Positions 34,795 through 48,200 are shown, counted from the first letter of the whole stretch. The stretch: DNA of 63,046 nt, filler included, from Squatina squatina (GCA_031763465.1; 4 parts of 4 records of this genome joined end to end with filler, not necessarily neighbours in it); one strand, 5' to 3'. The notes: a model not told the origin generated them from the sequence alone. Numbers and translations: made by a program.

Positions 34795-37006
34795 CTAGTC
34801 AAAAATACAAAAACATTTTCAATATTTAGAAAATTCAAAAACCTTCAAATGCCACAAGTTCATGAAGTCACAATAGTTATTTTTAGAAATGCAAGTATAG
34901 ATAGGGATTGAGATGCTTTAAGTGCAGACAATTATTTTAACCCGTTTTATAAGACTTTAGTTTTAAATTTATTGAACTTAATAGAAGTACTTTGCTTTAG
35001 TAGTTGCATTCTGCTAGGTTCTGGGCTCCATTGTACTTCAGATTTTTAAAGCTTGAAAAATTACAACACTTGTTTCAGGTCAAAATTAAAATTGGACTTT
35101 TAAGGGTTTGAGTGGTTCATATCCCTGATCAATATTCAGTGATCTCTGTGGGGAGAAAAAAAGTGTGGGAAGAAATGATGGAGGGGGACAGATCAATCTG
35201 TTACTGCCCAATAGTTGAAGAGCCTTCTGGCAATCATTATCTGAGTTAACAGGTGGAGGATGGGTGATTGTGCAAAGTACTGGGGGACACCATAAAGCAC
35301 TGAAATTAAGAGTGGCAGGGAGAAGAAAAACAAATGTACTTTTATGGGTAAATAGTTAGACTTGCACGTTTGTTTATTAGTTTTTCCATTTTAACATTGA
35401 GCGGGGTGGGGAAAGAGGAAGAGGAGTGATGAATGCCTGATACACAAGAAATCATATTGTAGTTTATAAACCAAGCTGAGAAATCCATGCATATCAAATT
35501 TGTTTTGTCCAATATGTCCACTTCCTCGAGGGCCACATCCCACTTATGCAAATTCAAACTGCTATGGCATAGGTTGGCAGAGCCAAAGCTGAGGGATCCC
35601 CTTGCACGAGCAGAATTTAGCCAGCTAAAGCCAGGCAACCCCCCAAAGAGTATTGAGAAGCATCCACTGCTTGTTCAGTTAGGACCATCCTACTGTTAGC
35701 AGATTAGCTTGTATGGTCACCTGCAGCAGAGTGGGAAGAATTTCAGTGGATCTGCACCTCCAGGTTACATTTGTAAGCCAAGCTAGCTAGTCTACCAGGA
35801 ACAGAGCCTAAACTGCAGACAGACATGGCTCAGATTTCAGATTATCAAGTCAACCAGAGAGTTCACTTTGCTTCAAACTTCTAGTTAGGCCATAGTAACC
35901 CTGCATACTTCCTTGCCACATATGTGCCCTTCACCACCCCAGGGAGATGGACATTATTTCGTCAAGACAATTGACGAGCAAGGGTTTAAACACTGACTTG
36001 GCATACAGTATGAGTCAGGAGCTCTTCACAACATTATGCCCAGTGCAACTCAGTATTCCTCATCCACCATTTGTCGTGCAGAACTTCAGCAGTATTTGCT
36101 TGTTTCTCCTCAACCCAATCACCGAACCCTGAATGTATACAAGCCAATGTTTTCATGCCAGAGCTCCAGCTGACATCTTCCAGCAGCTGTTGTCAAGTCT
36201 CCATTCCTAATCAGCTGCACAAGAAACTGCTTTCAGCTTACTGCGCCAGGCAACTCTGGTCAAGAACATCAAGGTTGCTGACTGGTCACTAAAATCTAAT
36301 GCCACCTACCAGACTTACTTGTTGCTAACTGCTTTACTCCGATCTCATACAAGGGGCTTCGGCAAAGATGGGTCTACTAATGCCGGGCTTCCCTCTAGGG
36401 CACTCACTGATGAATCATGAGCCTCTGCATATTGGAGCCCTCCCTGAAACTACATTCTATTTTTGACACATGCCCACCTCACAATTTGGTCCTGGATGTC
36501 AAACATGGACCAGAGAAACCCACAATTGCATTCTTAGGTGAACAGGACCATGAAGGGGAAATTGTTTGGACATGTGCTACATACCACAAGCTTTGCCAGC
36601 ATTGAGACTTTCCCCATCATTGAAGACAAGACAGATCAAAGCCCAATGCCAAAGAAATACAACCAAAATCCACCAATATGCACCCCATTCCCACACTGAT
36701 GNNNNNNNNNNNNNNNNNNNNNNNNNNNNNNNNNNNNNNNNNNNNNNNNNNNNNNNNNNNNNNNNNNNNNNNNNNNNNNNNNNNNNNNNNNNNNNNNNNN
36801 NAGCAGTAAAAAAAAAGGAAAGGCCGCGCGGCACGTTTCTTTTCTAAAATTACCAAATGTGTTGTTTTTACCCCCTTCATTTAAATTGACAAAATAAATG
36901 TAAAAAAACAATCAGCGAATTGCGGAGAGGAGAAGGGTGGGGGAGGGGAGTTGCCGATTTGAATGAAAGTGTGAAAGGCCGCGGAATGTGAGCGGTAATA
37001 ACGTAC

Positions 37007-37088
37007 CTGTACTGCGCAGCACCACCATGGGTAAATCCAAAGTAGTTACTGGTAGCCATTTTGGCATCTTCGCCTAGCCGGCCGGGCA
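37007..37088 (-). CDS. ZFR: ZFR coding exon 2
   Basis: gtgcccag|TG ... AG|gtacgt, 82 nt. Reads [27 protein letters not shown]. Confidence 0.95.
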
Positions 37089-37309
37089 CTGGGCACCACG
37101 CGAAGCGCCCAAACAAACAAGAGGGAGAAGGGAGAGACCAGTAAAACATCATCAGAGCCCACACATCACATCGTTCAGCTTCAGCAAACAGAAAAAAATC
37201 TCTCTAACAACGCCGTTAGCCTTCTTCACGAGCCGAAAGCGGCGCCATTTCTTTCACTCTTTTTTTTTAAAAAGGGTTTTTTTTCTTTTAAATCGCCAAT
37301 TCCACTTAC

Positions 37310-37346
37310 CGTACGTGAAAGAAACAACTGGGCATATAGGAATCAT
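37310..37346 (-). CDS. ZFR: ZFR coding exon 1 (MIPICPVVSFTY)
   Basis: ATG at 37346, donor G|gtaagt, 37 nt. The phase is consistent with exon 2 and the peptide is identical to the recalled human N-terminus. Confidence 0.93.
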
Positions 37347-37465
37347 GGGGGTTTCTTTGAGCGACCAACTGCGACCTTTCACCTTTCAAGTGTGCAACCT
37401 GTGGAGAAATACGTCAGCTGTCAGGAGGGGGCGCAATGCGCACGCGTCGCTCCACCAATGCTTTC
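37347..37465 (-). promoter_or_regulatory. ZFR 5' UTR / proximal promoter
   Basis: CpG-rich patch immediately upstream of the ATG, with an NRF1-like GCGCAATGCGCACGCG (~37431-37446) and a CCAAT (~37455). Confidence 0.45.
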
Positions 37466-38823
37466 TGGGGGTTGTAGTCTTTTATTTTACATGACAACAA
37501 CTTGCATTTTTATTTTTTTAAACACAAATAAAATGAGGAAAGGCCCCGATAGCAAACAAAAGGAGAGTATTTATGCACTTCTTACCAAAACAAGTCACAA
37601 ATATAAGAATTATCGATAAATTAAAATATTTTGCAAAGAAAATCCAAACCTTGTATCCAGTCCAGAGAGAGAGAAAGGGAAGGTTGCTGCAGCCGTCAGA
37701 TCCCCATTCGATATTCTGCTCTGTCTGATTCCCTTCCCCCACCAAAGCAGAGATTTGAGAAAATCCACTCACCGATTTTTTTGTATGATATCTATCTATA
37801 AAAAAATACAGATCCACTTGTTTCTGGCTGGCTGTAAGAACAGAAACACGTTACAGCTGCTCGTTCCATTTCAATTGATTTGCATTCTGCTTCACGGCTT
37901 TGTTTTTCATCTGGTCTGTGCTGGTAATGGTCTGACCTTGACAAGTATGCAACCTACAATCTTAATCCAGCCTTGTCAAGTCCAATGCATGAGACTCACA
38001 CATTTACAGTTCTTCTCACCTACTCGTGCTGAGAAGACTGGACACCCTGGTCCTGTCCCAGTTTTGCGACAATAAATTATTTTACAGCATTTTAGTGACC
38101 TGTTTTTTTCCTTACAGTACAGGGCTANNNNNNNNNNNNNNNNNNNNNNNNNNNNNNNNNNNNNNNNNNNNNNNNNNNNNNNNNNNNNNNNNNNNNNNNN
38201 NNNNNNNNNNNNNNNNNNNNNNNNNNNTTCTACTTTAGGGCTGTCAGCTGTATTAATCACTAACTTGGTGCTGAGGGTAATAAAAAAAAATTAAATAGAA
38301 GATATGGATTTATTAAGATCAGAATCTGCAGGCTTTACAGGCATTTTTATCTGTGGGAGACAGCAGGCAAGCATTGATGTTGGGATGCATGAATACTCTA
38401 CAGTTTTGGTTACCTTTGAGAGTCATAAATATTTAAACAGAATATTCCCTTACAAATTTAAATGTGAGGTGAGCAGCAGGAGTCCATTATAAAATAGATT
38501 GTAAATGATCTGAGTGGGGATGGGAGTTGTTGCAGCAAATGACTTGTTATGCTCTTACATGATTTTCTTCCTCCCTATCAGAAAAGTAGTGTGTGAGGCC
38601 ATTAAGAGACTACATTCCTCAAGCAAGGATACTGGGTTTCTATTATTTTTTTTAAATACTTGTCTTTGAACATGTTACTTGGTTACTGATTAAATTAAGT
38701 TAGTTAATAAAAAATGAAATCGTATCAGGTACCAGGTATTTGATGAGTGTTCCATCTATTAAATAATGAATACCTGGGAATGATTACAAGATAGTACAGT
38801 AATCTAATCAAGGGGTTCAAGAG

Positions 38824-39196
38824 CAACAACAACAACAACTTGTATTTATATAGGTCTTCAACATAATAAAACGCCCCAAGGTGCTTCACAGGAGAGTTAG
38901 CAAACAAAATTTGACAGCGAACCACATAAGGGGATATTAGGGTAGAAGCGGTAGGTTTTAAGGAGCGTCTTAAAGGAGGAAAGAGGGGTAGAAAGAAGGA
39001 GAGGTTTAGGGAGGGAATTCCAGAGCTTAGGGCCTTGGCAGCTGAAGGCACGGCCACCAATGGTTGAGCAATTAAAATCAGGGATGCTCAAGAGGCCAAA
39101 ATTGGAGGAGTGCAGATATCTCAGAGGGTTGTAGGGCTGGACGAAATTACAGAGATAGAGAGGGGCGAAGCCATGGAGGGATTTGAAAACAAGGAT
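38824..39196 (-). mobile_element. L2-clade LINE 3' end with (TTG)n tail
   Basis: ILVFKSLHGFAPLYLCNFVQPYNPLRYLHSS...TIGGRAFSCQGPKLWNSLP...SSFKTLLKTY, ending in caacaacaacaac on the plus strand. Confidence 0.9.
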
Positions 39197-39296
39197 NNNN
39201 NNNNNNNNNNNNNNNNNNNNNNNNNNNNNNNNNNNNNNNNNNNNNNNNNNNNNNNNNNNNNNNNNNNNNNNNNNNNNNNNNNNNNNNNNNNNNNNN

Positions 39297-40721
39297 CCTT
39301 TAAGACCGAAGATACCATAACTTGCTACAACATCATATGGAAGACTGTAGTATTGGACACTGTTGTTGAACACTGCATGAATTGGGCGGATGGACATTGG
39401 TATGGAGGAGCAGAGACCAGCACACAGCACTGGCCTATCAAAATTTCAGGTGTAGTGGATCCTAAGCCATATGTAACAGGTGATGTGCATTCAATACGTG
39501 AAGGCTTTGGTGGAATTTTAGAAAGGTACTGGGTCTCATCTAAGTCTGTGGCCATTCGAGTTAATGATTCAGTTCCTCTGCACGTTGGTTGGAACAGCTC
39601 AGATAAAGAAGTATTTTGCCTCCATGCTAGCTACAAAGATTCACCATTTAAACTGCCGACTGGACAACAGCCATTTGTAGGACTAAGTTATCAAGTCTGT
39701 GTTGGTCCTNNNNNNNNNNTCCTGATTTGAAAATTGTCCACAGATACATGGCTGAAAAACATTTCAGAAAGCCTGAGATTACACCTTCAGAAAGTATGTT
39801 CAGGTACCCTATATGGTCCACCTGGGCTCTGTACAAAACCGAAGTGAACCAGGATAAAGTGTTGCGTTACGCAGAGAAAATTAAGAAGTATCAATTCAAT
39901 TGGAGTCATATCGAAATAGATGACCAATACTCCAGTAGTTATGGAGAATTTGACTTTGATCCAGTGAAATTTCCAAATGCTTCAGAACTGCTGCAAAAGC
40001 TAAGGGATGATGGGTTCCAGGTGACATTGTGGNNNNNNNNNNNNNNNNNNNNNNNNNNNNNNNNNNNNNNNNNNNNNNNNNNNNNNTCTTACTTCGTGAT
40101 GGACCCCAGTGGGAGACTTCCTGCCCTTGTGGAATGGTGGAATGGGATTGCAGCAGTTTTGGACTTCACCAATCCTGAAACAACAGATTGGTTTCAGAAA
40201 AGATTGGAGCACTTGAGATCAAAATATGGGGTTGTGTCTTTTAAATTTGATGCAGGTGAGACCAGTTATCTTCCTGCGGATTATAGCACTCAGACGCCTT
40301 TGTCTGATCACAGTATATTTAGTAAACTGTACGCAGAAACTGCAGCTTTATACTGCAAGCTGGCTGAAGTGAGGGTAGGATATCGGACCCAGATGCTCCC
40401 TTGTTTTGTCCGCATGATCGACCGGGATTCTGTTTGGGGTTACGAGCTTGGTTTAAAGTCTCTGATTCCTACTGCCCTCACCATGGGTATCTTGGGATAC
40501 CACTTCATATTGCCTGATATGATTGGAGGAAACGTTTATCCAAATAAAACTGACAGCTCTGATGAGCTCCCAGACCGCGAGCTTTACATACGCTGGCTCG
40601 AACTGTCAGCTTTTCTTCCAGCCATGCAGTTCTCCATTCCTCCTTGGCTATACGATGGTGAGGTTTTGAAGATTGCATATAAATTTGCACAGCTCCGAGA
40701 AAAATTAGTTGTCCCCTCTCT
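39297..40721 (+). CDS. MYORG: MYORG (GH31 glycosidase), partial, single large exon with gaps
   Basis: [41 protein letters not shown] (nucleophile), DRDSVWGY (acid/base), LPDMIGGN and ELYIRWLE match human MYORG/KIAA1161. It lies next to NUDT2-KIF24 as at human 9p13. The N- and C-termini are lost in gaps. Confidence 0.95.
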
Positions 40722-41588
40722 NNNNNNNNNNNNNNNNNNNNNNNNNNNNNNNNNNNNNNNNNNNNNNNNNNNNNNNNNNNNNNNNNNNNNNNNNNNNNNN
40801 NNNNNNNNNNNNNNNNNNNNNTGATCGAATGGAAAGATGGCAAGATAACACCTCTTTTTGACAACAATTAAGATGGCAACTGTTAGTGTAATTGGAGTTT
40901 GTTAGACCAGACCTGCCAACTATGGTGAAGTACAGCCTCATTCGACAGTATCAGCATTATGTGCAAGTGTATGCTGCCATTACAGTGGATTAGATACTGC
41001 AGAATGAGGCCATTATTTCACTTTTAGTGGCGATGGGTGGGGGGAAGCCTGTTGCACTGGGAGATCTGACTGTTCTCCATGATTTTAGTTCTTTGGAAAG
41101 TAACCGTGTGGAAGATCTCAGAACTATGGGGGTTTGAATTCCACGTAACCGCATCCATCGGGTGGGAACATGGGTGGCGCATGGGTGGTCTAAGGACAGA
41201 ACCATTTTCATGGTTTGGGCCCCATTAGCTTTCCGTCAGTGAGCTGTTTGTACTTCTGAAGCAGCCCACTGATCGGAAGGGGTAGGAAATCTGGCAGCGC
41301 TACTGTGAAGCCCAGCCAGTCCAAGTAAGTTAAAGGGGGGTGCGGGGTAATCTTGGGGAGGATTGTGGAGGGCGGGAGTTGATTTTTGTGGGGCCAGGAA
41401 GAGCTTTAATGCTGCTCCTGATCTTACAAAAATCATTTCATAGAATCATAGAAAATTACAGCATAGAAGGAGGCCATTCGTGTCCGTGNNNNNNNNNNNN
41501 NNNNNNNNNNNNNNNNNNNNNNNNNNNNNNNNNNNNNNNNNNNNNNNNNNNNNNNNNNNNNNNNNNNNNNNNNNNNNNNNNNNNNNNN

Positions 41589-43560
41589 ATCCATCGGGAT
41601 CCTGCAAGGGAGGCCAGCGACTATCTCATCAGAGTTAATTGCCACTGATTTCCATCCCACTTCCCGGTCACCACACCCATTTGCCCTTCCAGTCCAATTC
41701 TCCAGCACTGAAATGAGACACAACAGCAAACATTAAATAATCCAATCAACATTTATCAAACATGAATAAAAAGTGTGCATTTACTCATTACCCTTGTGCA
41801 TTTCCTTATAGCCGCTTTTCGTCCTACTACTTCTCCACAGTGTGTCCCCTATGGTTGCGGCATGGCTGGTGGAAGGCTGCTGTGTGCCAGGCCCAGAGAT
41901 TACAGATGACCTTCCAGGATGCCCTCGACCAGCTCTGGGCCTGGAATGCCCGGCTGTAGACTGCACCATCTCAGGCTGGGCGTTGGCAGTCTGGGCTGAC
42001 TGGGTGACAGGCATGGACAAGAGCGATGACGGAGTGGCAGTGGCGGGATCAGGAATGCTGTCATCCTGAGAGAGGACAGCAGGTTCCTGCTCCACTGATA
42101 CACTGCCACTCCCCCGGGGCAGCACCTCAGTATCCCCAGCAATCTGCTGGAGCACAGATTGCTGTGCCCCTGTGGCACTGTGTGATCCCCAGTAGACTGT
42201 GGTGGACCCAGCGGTGATGGCAGCAGTCAGGGCTTGTGTGGCATGCAGCTGAGACTGCACGACATCACCAAGCTTCTGCGTGGCATCATGCTGAGACTGC
42301 ATAAGAGCAGTCTGAGCATCCATGCGAGCAACTGTTGACTCCATTGCAGCAGCAAGATGTTGCGTTACCTCAGCCTGTGCCGCAATAGGGGATGCCACAT
42401 CACCCATGACGCATGTCATGAGGTCTGGATCCTCACAGTCTCTCTGGGCGTCCACCATCGTCTGCAGACTGGCAATGATGGGTTCCATGGTGTGCGCAGA
42501 GCTCCGAAATGTGAAAGGCGGACTCCTCCATGCTCCTGACCACTTATGACATGCTCTCGGGCACCCTTGCCATTGCCCCTGTCATTTCTGAGTGCGTGGC
42601 CATCACCCTCTGTGCGACTAACTCACCATCGAGGGCCTCATCTGAGTCTTCTGCAACAAGACTCGTGCACAAGCTCGCCCTCCGGGGAGATGGCTTCCGA
42701 ACTTCCTTTTCCCCTTGACTGTGCTGCAGCCCGCTAGGCCCCGGTGCATCAACCAGTGCATTTGCGTGTCCTAAGCTATGTCCCAGTAACTGCATTGTAC
42801 CAATATCTGAGCTGGTGCTTGCTGGTGCGGGAAGCAGTGACGAGCTTGTTGTCCTCCTCCCCTGTTGTTCTCCCTCCTCAGTGTTTTCCTGGGGCTCAGA
42901 ATGCTCATCCGGTGGAGGATTATCTGAAAGCATAAAACGAACAAGAGCCGTGTTAAGGTTAGGGCAGGGGGGCAGGGATGGAGCAAGGAAGGCAGGCAAA
43001 ATGAGCAGCTGCAAACTTATAAGGCCTAATGCTTTAACGGGAATGTGGCAGGAGAAGAGGGGATGTAAATACCATTGTTGCCCACTGGGGGCTGGACATC
43101 TCCGGCGGACACAGAGTCCACCACCTGTGGGCCAATGAGCTGCAGCATTCTCTCCTCCAGGTCGGAGAGAGGTGTGAGCTCAGCTTCCCCTCCCCAGCCT
43201 ATTGTGTGCCAACTTGGCCTGCAAAAGAAAGGAAGCTATGTGAGTTACGGTCCAGTTATGTATGTGGGAGATATGCCTGCCTGGTTGAATAGTTGTGAAT
43301 GTAGGCAAACCGTGAAATGAGGTTGCATACTGGATTGAGTGCTGGTATGCAGACTGTGAATAGAGAGGGGCTCAGAGACTGGTATGTAAGAGTAGTGCAA
43401 AGACTTACTCACTTTAACCACCTGAGTGAGGTTTTTGAACTTTTTCCGCCACTGCATTGCTGTTCGATCCACGAAGGTGCATCTCGACCTCTCCTGTGCC
43501 ACCGCTATCCACAGGGTCCTGAAGACCTATGGCGTAGGCCTTCTGCCAAAGGGTGGGAAC
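41589..43560 (-). mobile_element. Harbinger element: spliced Myb/SANT-like ORF2 (minus) converging on a probable transposase C-terminus (plus)
   Basis: Minus-strand exons: ~43502-43413 (RTAMQWRKKFKNLTQVVK|gtgagt, a trihelix/MSANTD RT..QC.KKF.DL motif), 43218-43073 (AKLAHN...ELTPLSDLEERMLQLIG) and 42923-~41781 (acidic, then coiled-coil-like), with stops and frameshifts. Plus-strand AREASDYLIR* ending at 41648 resembles HARBI1-type C-termini. Confidence 0.75.
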
Positions 43561-43574
43561 AGTGCCTCCCTCCT

Positions 43575-43690
43575 ACTCTCTACATTACAACAGCGACTAC
43601 ATTTCAAAAGTAATTCATTGGCTATGAAGCACTTTGGGACATCCTGAGGTTTATGAATGGTGTTATACAAATACAAGTTTGTTCTTTGTT
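43575..43690 (+). mobile_element. Deu-SINE 3' tail
   Basis: ctacattacaacagcgactacatttcaaaagtaattcattggctatgaagcactttgggacatcctgagg...atacaaatacaagt continues the SINE seen at 22086. Confidence 0.7.
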
Positions 43691-44000
43691 CAAACATTCA
43701 ACAGCTCGGGGGTCCTGTCCCTGGTTAGTATCCAGTGAGTCCTGCAGGAAAGTGTGTGTGGTAATTTAGCAAGGACAGGACATGCTTCCACTTTGTTGCC
43801 TGCCAACATTCAAGGTCCAGGCTCACACATGAAGAATGACTTGAGCAAGGAATTGAAGGACTGGTGCCACTTGTGAAATTGTATTGAGTCAATGCCTTGA
43901 GGTTTCAACTGCAAAGTATAAGGGGAGGAAAGGGTGGGACGAAACCTTCAAATCCTTAATAAAACAATCCAGGCCCTTTTCTTTTTCAAAGAACCTGGTC

Positions 44001-44201
<201 letters not shown>

Positions 44202-44846
44202 NNNNNNNNNNNNNNNNNNNNNNNNNNNNNNNNNNNNNNNNNNNNNNNNNNNNNNNNNNNNNNNNNNNNNNNNNNNNNNNNNNNNNNNNNNNNNNNNNNN
44301 NATACAAATTTCCTCTTTCTGTCAACTGCATAGACCCTAATTGAAGTTAGTTTGGCTAGCCTTGTCCCAGTCTCGAGTAGCTGTTGGTTTGAAGCACAGA
44401 CTGCCTATAATTTAGCATGAATTGGCACTCCTTCACAAAAACTGATGATAACTAATGGGAAAGTTCACATGGCTTCAGTAAAGGACTGAGTTTGGGAGTA
44501 GGCATAATATTGCCTACTCCCATAATATTGGAGCAGAGTGGAGAGTTGTATTCTGACTCGTGCTGTACCTAACTTAGGAATGTTCAATTTTAAAATCACT
44601 GAAAGAGTGTTCTATACTTCACCTCAAAATCCACCCCACCTTGATGAGAACTCCAAAAAAAAAAGCAAAGGTGTTAAAGAAAGTAAGTTAAATAATTTTA
44701 TTCCATTTTGTTTTCTGGGAGATTATAGTTTGTTGAGGCCAAGAGATTGAAGATTAAGTTCAGTGAATTATTTTCCAAAGTAATACGAAAATTGAAAATC
44801 TAATTTGCAAATTTTTATTTTCCAGTGGTAATGTAAGTTTGGTAGG

Positions 44847-45056
44847 ATGTCCTCGTGCCTCTACGAATGTCTGTGTGAAGCAGGACTGGAACAGTATTAC
44901 ACTCACTTTATTGCAATGGGTTTTCTAAAATCACAGGAGCTGGTTAAGCTGACCATGAATGATTTTTCTGTGCTGGGGATACACAATTTGCATGATCAAA
45001 AACGTTTGTTCCAGCTCATTCAAATCATAAAAGCTGTACAAGAAGAGGAACGTGGT
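44847..45056 (+). CDS. KIF24: KIF24 first coding exon (SAM domain), cut by a gap
   Basis: MSSCLYECLCEAGLEQYY...KRLFQLIQIIK matches human MASWLYECLCEAELAQYY...KRLFQLIKIIK. Confidence 0.92.
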
Positions 45057-45672
45057 NNNNNNNNNNNNNNNNNNNNNNNNNNNNNNNNNNNNNNNNNNNN
45101 NNNNNNNNNNNNNNNNNNNNNNNNNNNNNNNNNNNNNNNNNNNNNNNNNNNNNNNNTACTTGCAAGGGACGTCTCCAAATTTTTCATTTCTCCTTCTCTT
45201 GTCAGGTGAAACTGGCAGCTTTGAGAAGAGCAAGGGGGAGAGATAAAGGCAATCACGGAGATGTCGCAAAGTTCTCGTGGATGGAGAGGGACGTGACGAG
45301 GCTGATGGGGGAGGAGTCTGTGGAGTCCATGGGGGACTCTCCGCCTGCCCTGGGTTGAAATTGGCATTATTATTTCTACTTGTATATAGTGAGTATGTAT
45401 TTGTTATTTTCAATAAAACATTAGTAATATCCAGTAGCCATAATTATAATTATTTTTTAATTCAGCAGCTCCCTGGAATGAAAAAGGTCTTTTCCCAAGT
45501 CTTATCTTAACTAGATTTTCAACCTCATCCCTCAGTCTCATTATCGGTCAGCTACAGGAACTCTAATCCCTCACAAGTGCTACCATTCTCTGATTGAAAT
45601 CCTCTAACCAATCATTTCCCATTTCCAATTTTTAACTTTTTAAATTAAATCCAGTATGTGATTCATTTTCAG

Positions 45673-45770
45673 CATGTTTTTTATTTTGATGAAGTATTTG
45701 AGGAGACTTGTACCAATTATGACGTGTACTTGAAGACTGCTTACCCTCTCATCCAGCATGTTTTCAGCGG
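45673..45770 (+). CDS. KIF24: KIF24 motor-domain exon (HVFYFDEVF...PLIQHVFSG)
   Basis: cattttcag| ... GG|gtatgt, 98 nt, kinesin-13 FDEVF motif. Confidence 0.92.
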
Positions 45771-47814
45771 GTATGTTACTTTTATTTCATCATTGTTGTC
45801 ATCATTTGTTTTTCTTTTATACATATACTAATGGATTTCATATGGCATTGTTCATACTAAGTCAAAGGATATGCTGTTTCATGCATGATCATGGCAAATG
45901 ATTTTTGGTGATTGAATAATTAAAGTAATATTTTTATTACAAAGTGTTATGGAGGTGTAAACACTTTTTCAGGTTCAAATTATGTGATTATGTCTACATT
46001 TTCATTGTTATTGTACATTTGAGGCCTTGATAATTATTATATGCCTGTTAAGGTATGTATTGAATTTTCTGCTTTCCTTTTGTAAAAAAAAAGTACAGGA
46101 CGCAGAGGAGTCANNNNNNNNNNTCTTGTATGCAGGTAGCGAGTGGGAATGTTTGGAGGGTGCTCTAAGATCTGGGAATAGTGGGAGGTATATAGTGAGG
46201 GGTAGGAAGAACAGAGGAGAATTGGGGCGTGGGAGTATTGGGAAATAAGTCATTGGGTGGTGGCGCAATGGGATGATAGTTCTTGGTATTTGGAGGACTG
46301 GAAAAGTGTGTTGGGAATTTTCAAGTGGATTTTGCATAGGCAGATGTTTAAAGATTTATTCTAAGATTGAAACACCGTAGAGGAAAAACTATTTTGAACT
46401 AGCTCATTTTACAAGTAGCTGTCAAAGAACAGGATGCCACATACAGAATAACCGTTTAAGTCAGGAGGCATGAAGTGGAGGATTGAAAAATGGGAAACAT
46501 TACAGTTAAAGGCAAACTTCCACCAGAAGACCTGCTCAAAAGATTTAGTTCTGACTTGGACTCTTTCATTTTGCTTTGATATCCCAGGGAATCTCAATTT
46601 TATTGTAAAATATTAAATCTAGGAAGAAACCATTAAGGGGGGGGAGGAGTGAAATCACTACATTTTCCATGTGAAAATCAATTCAAAAATAAAACTCTGC
46701 AAAATATTTTGCTAATTTTAAATTGTGTAAATACTTCTTTACATTTTGCAGTGGAGACACACAATAGAATGCAGGTACTATCCACGTACAGCTGAAAAAG
46801 AATGCACTAACAGATTCGCCGAGAATTGCACTGAATGGGTTGGCAGGTTCGTAGTTTTCAGATGAAGACCAAAACTAAAACGGACTGGAAATTTCTCAAA
46901 TTCTGAAATTGATTGGGTGAAAAGGCTTAAAAAAATAAAGCAACATTCATGATAAATTAGCCTAGGTACTCAGTTTGTCATTATTTTAACGCCAGCATTA
47001 ACCCTTTTATTTTCAATGGGTTAATGGCTCTGCAGGAAGAGAGTATGAGCCTTGTAAAATTTTCGGACTTTTGCCTGTCTTGAATTTCTGAACTTATAAT
47101 ATTTCCGTAATGTTAATTTCAGCAATNNNNNNNNNNTTCCTCCAGTTAACGTCAATCTCAGGTGAAACCAGGCTTCCCAAAATTAGCCAACTATTCTAAT
47201 TCATCATTTCTACTTTCCTTGTAGCAGGGGCATATACAGTGAACATAACAAAACAGTTGTGTAAGTCTAAGTGTTGCCACCTCTTTATTGGTGAAAGCCC
47301 TTCTCACTGTACAGGTTATATACCATTTGTTAGACAAATTAGTACTGAATTTCAGTGTGGTGTTCCAAGATAAAGTGTGCCTACAGTGGTCAGTAAATTC
47401 CAGAATTAAGTGAAAATCTGAATTTTTGGAAGGAAGTGATCACGAAAGTGAGGTTATATCTAACAGGTTAAAGGTCGAACGAGGCAAAAGCAATAGTGCC
47501 AAAGCAAATCAAAACAAAAAAAGTGCTTAAATCTACAGGTAGGTCAAAAATGTATATTTAGGAAACTTTTAGTTCTTTCATCTCTAATTTGATACTAAAG
47601 ATAAATTTCACATCGTAAGTGGTGGGAACTAATCACTGCCTCAATATTTGACCTTGATTCATCATACATAACAGTTAAGGCACGTGAATTTCTTTATGCA
47701 GTAGAATGAAAAGGAAATTTCATGCTAGGCTTCTGCAGCTCTTCATCAAGCACTGACTTTCGGAACACACATACAACGACACTTTAGGAGTTCCATGGCT
47801 CTGACCTTTCATTT

Positions 47815-47917
47815 GCTTACCTACATAACAACAGTGACTGAACTTCAAAGTATTTCATTGGATGTGAGGTACTTTGAGATGTTCAGCGGGCTTGATAAGG
47901 TGCTATACAAATGCAAG
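47815..47917 (+). mobile_element. Deu-SINE 3' tail, decayed
   Basis: cctacataacaacagtgactgaacttcaaagtatttcattgg...gctatacaaatgcaagt. Confidence 0.6.
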
Positions 47918-48200
47918 TGAGGAATATAGGAATTGCTGGACGAAATAAGGCCAAAGTCCATCTAGTTTCTCCTTCTACCGTCCTGGTAGTCGCATGATAC
48001 AACAATAATGGTGTTACTGACTAATTATAGCAATCAATCTCTATCAATTAGTCTACAACAGACCCGGACATGAGTCAAGGAAATCCTCAGTGGTGGGGAG
48101 CTTTGGGAACCATAGGTGCAAAGTCAGCTGCTCCTCCCAAGCACGCGACATTTACCATTTGTCATGTCTTAAATTATTCAAATACTGCATCCCAAAATGT
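47918..48200 (-). mobile_element. CR1-type LINE 3' UTR
   Basis: The minus strand ends ...aactagatggactttggcc...tccagcaattcctatattcc, a CR1-like stem plus short tandem tail. Confidence 0.5.
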
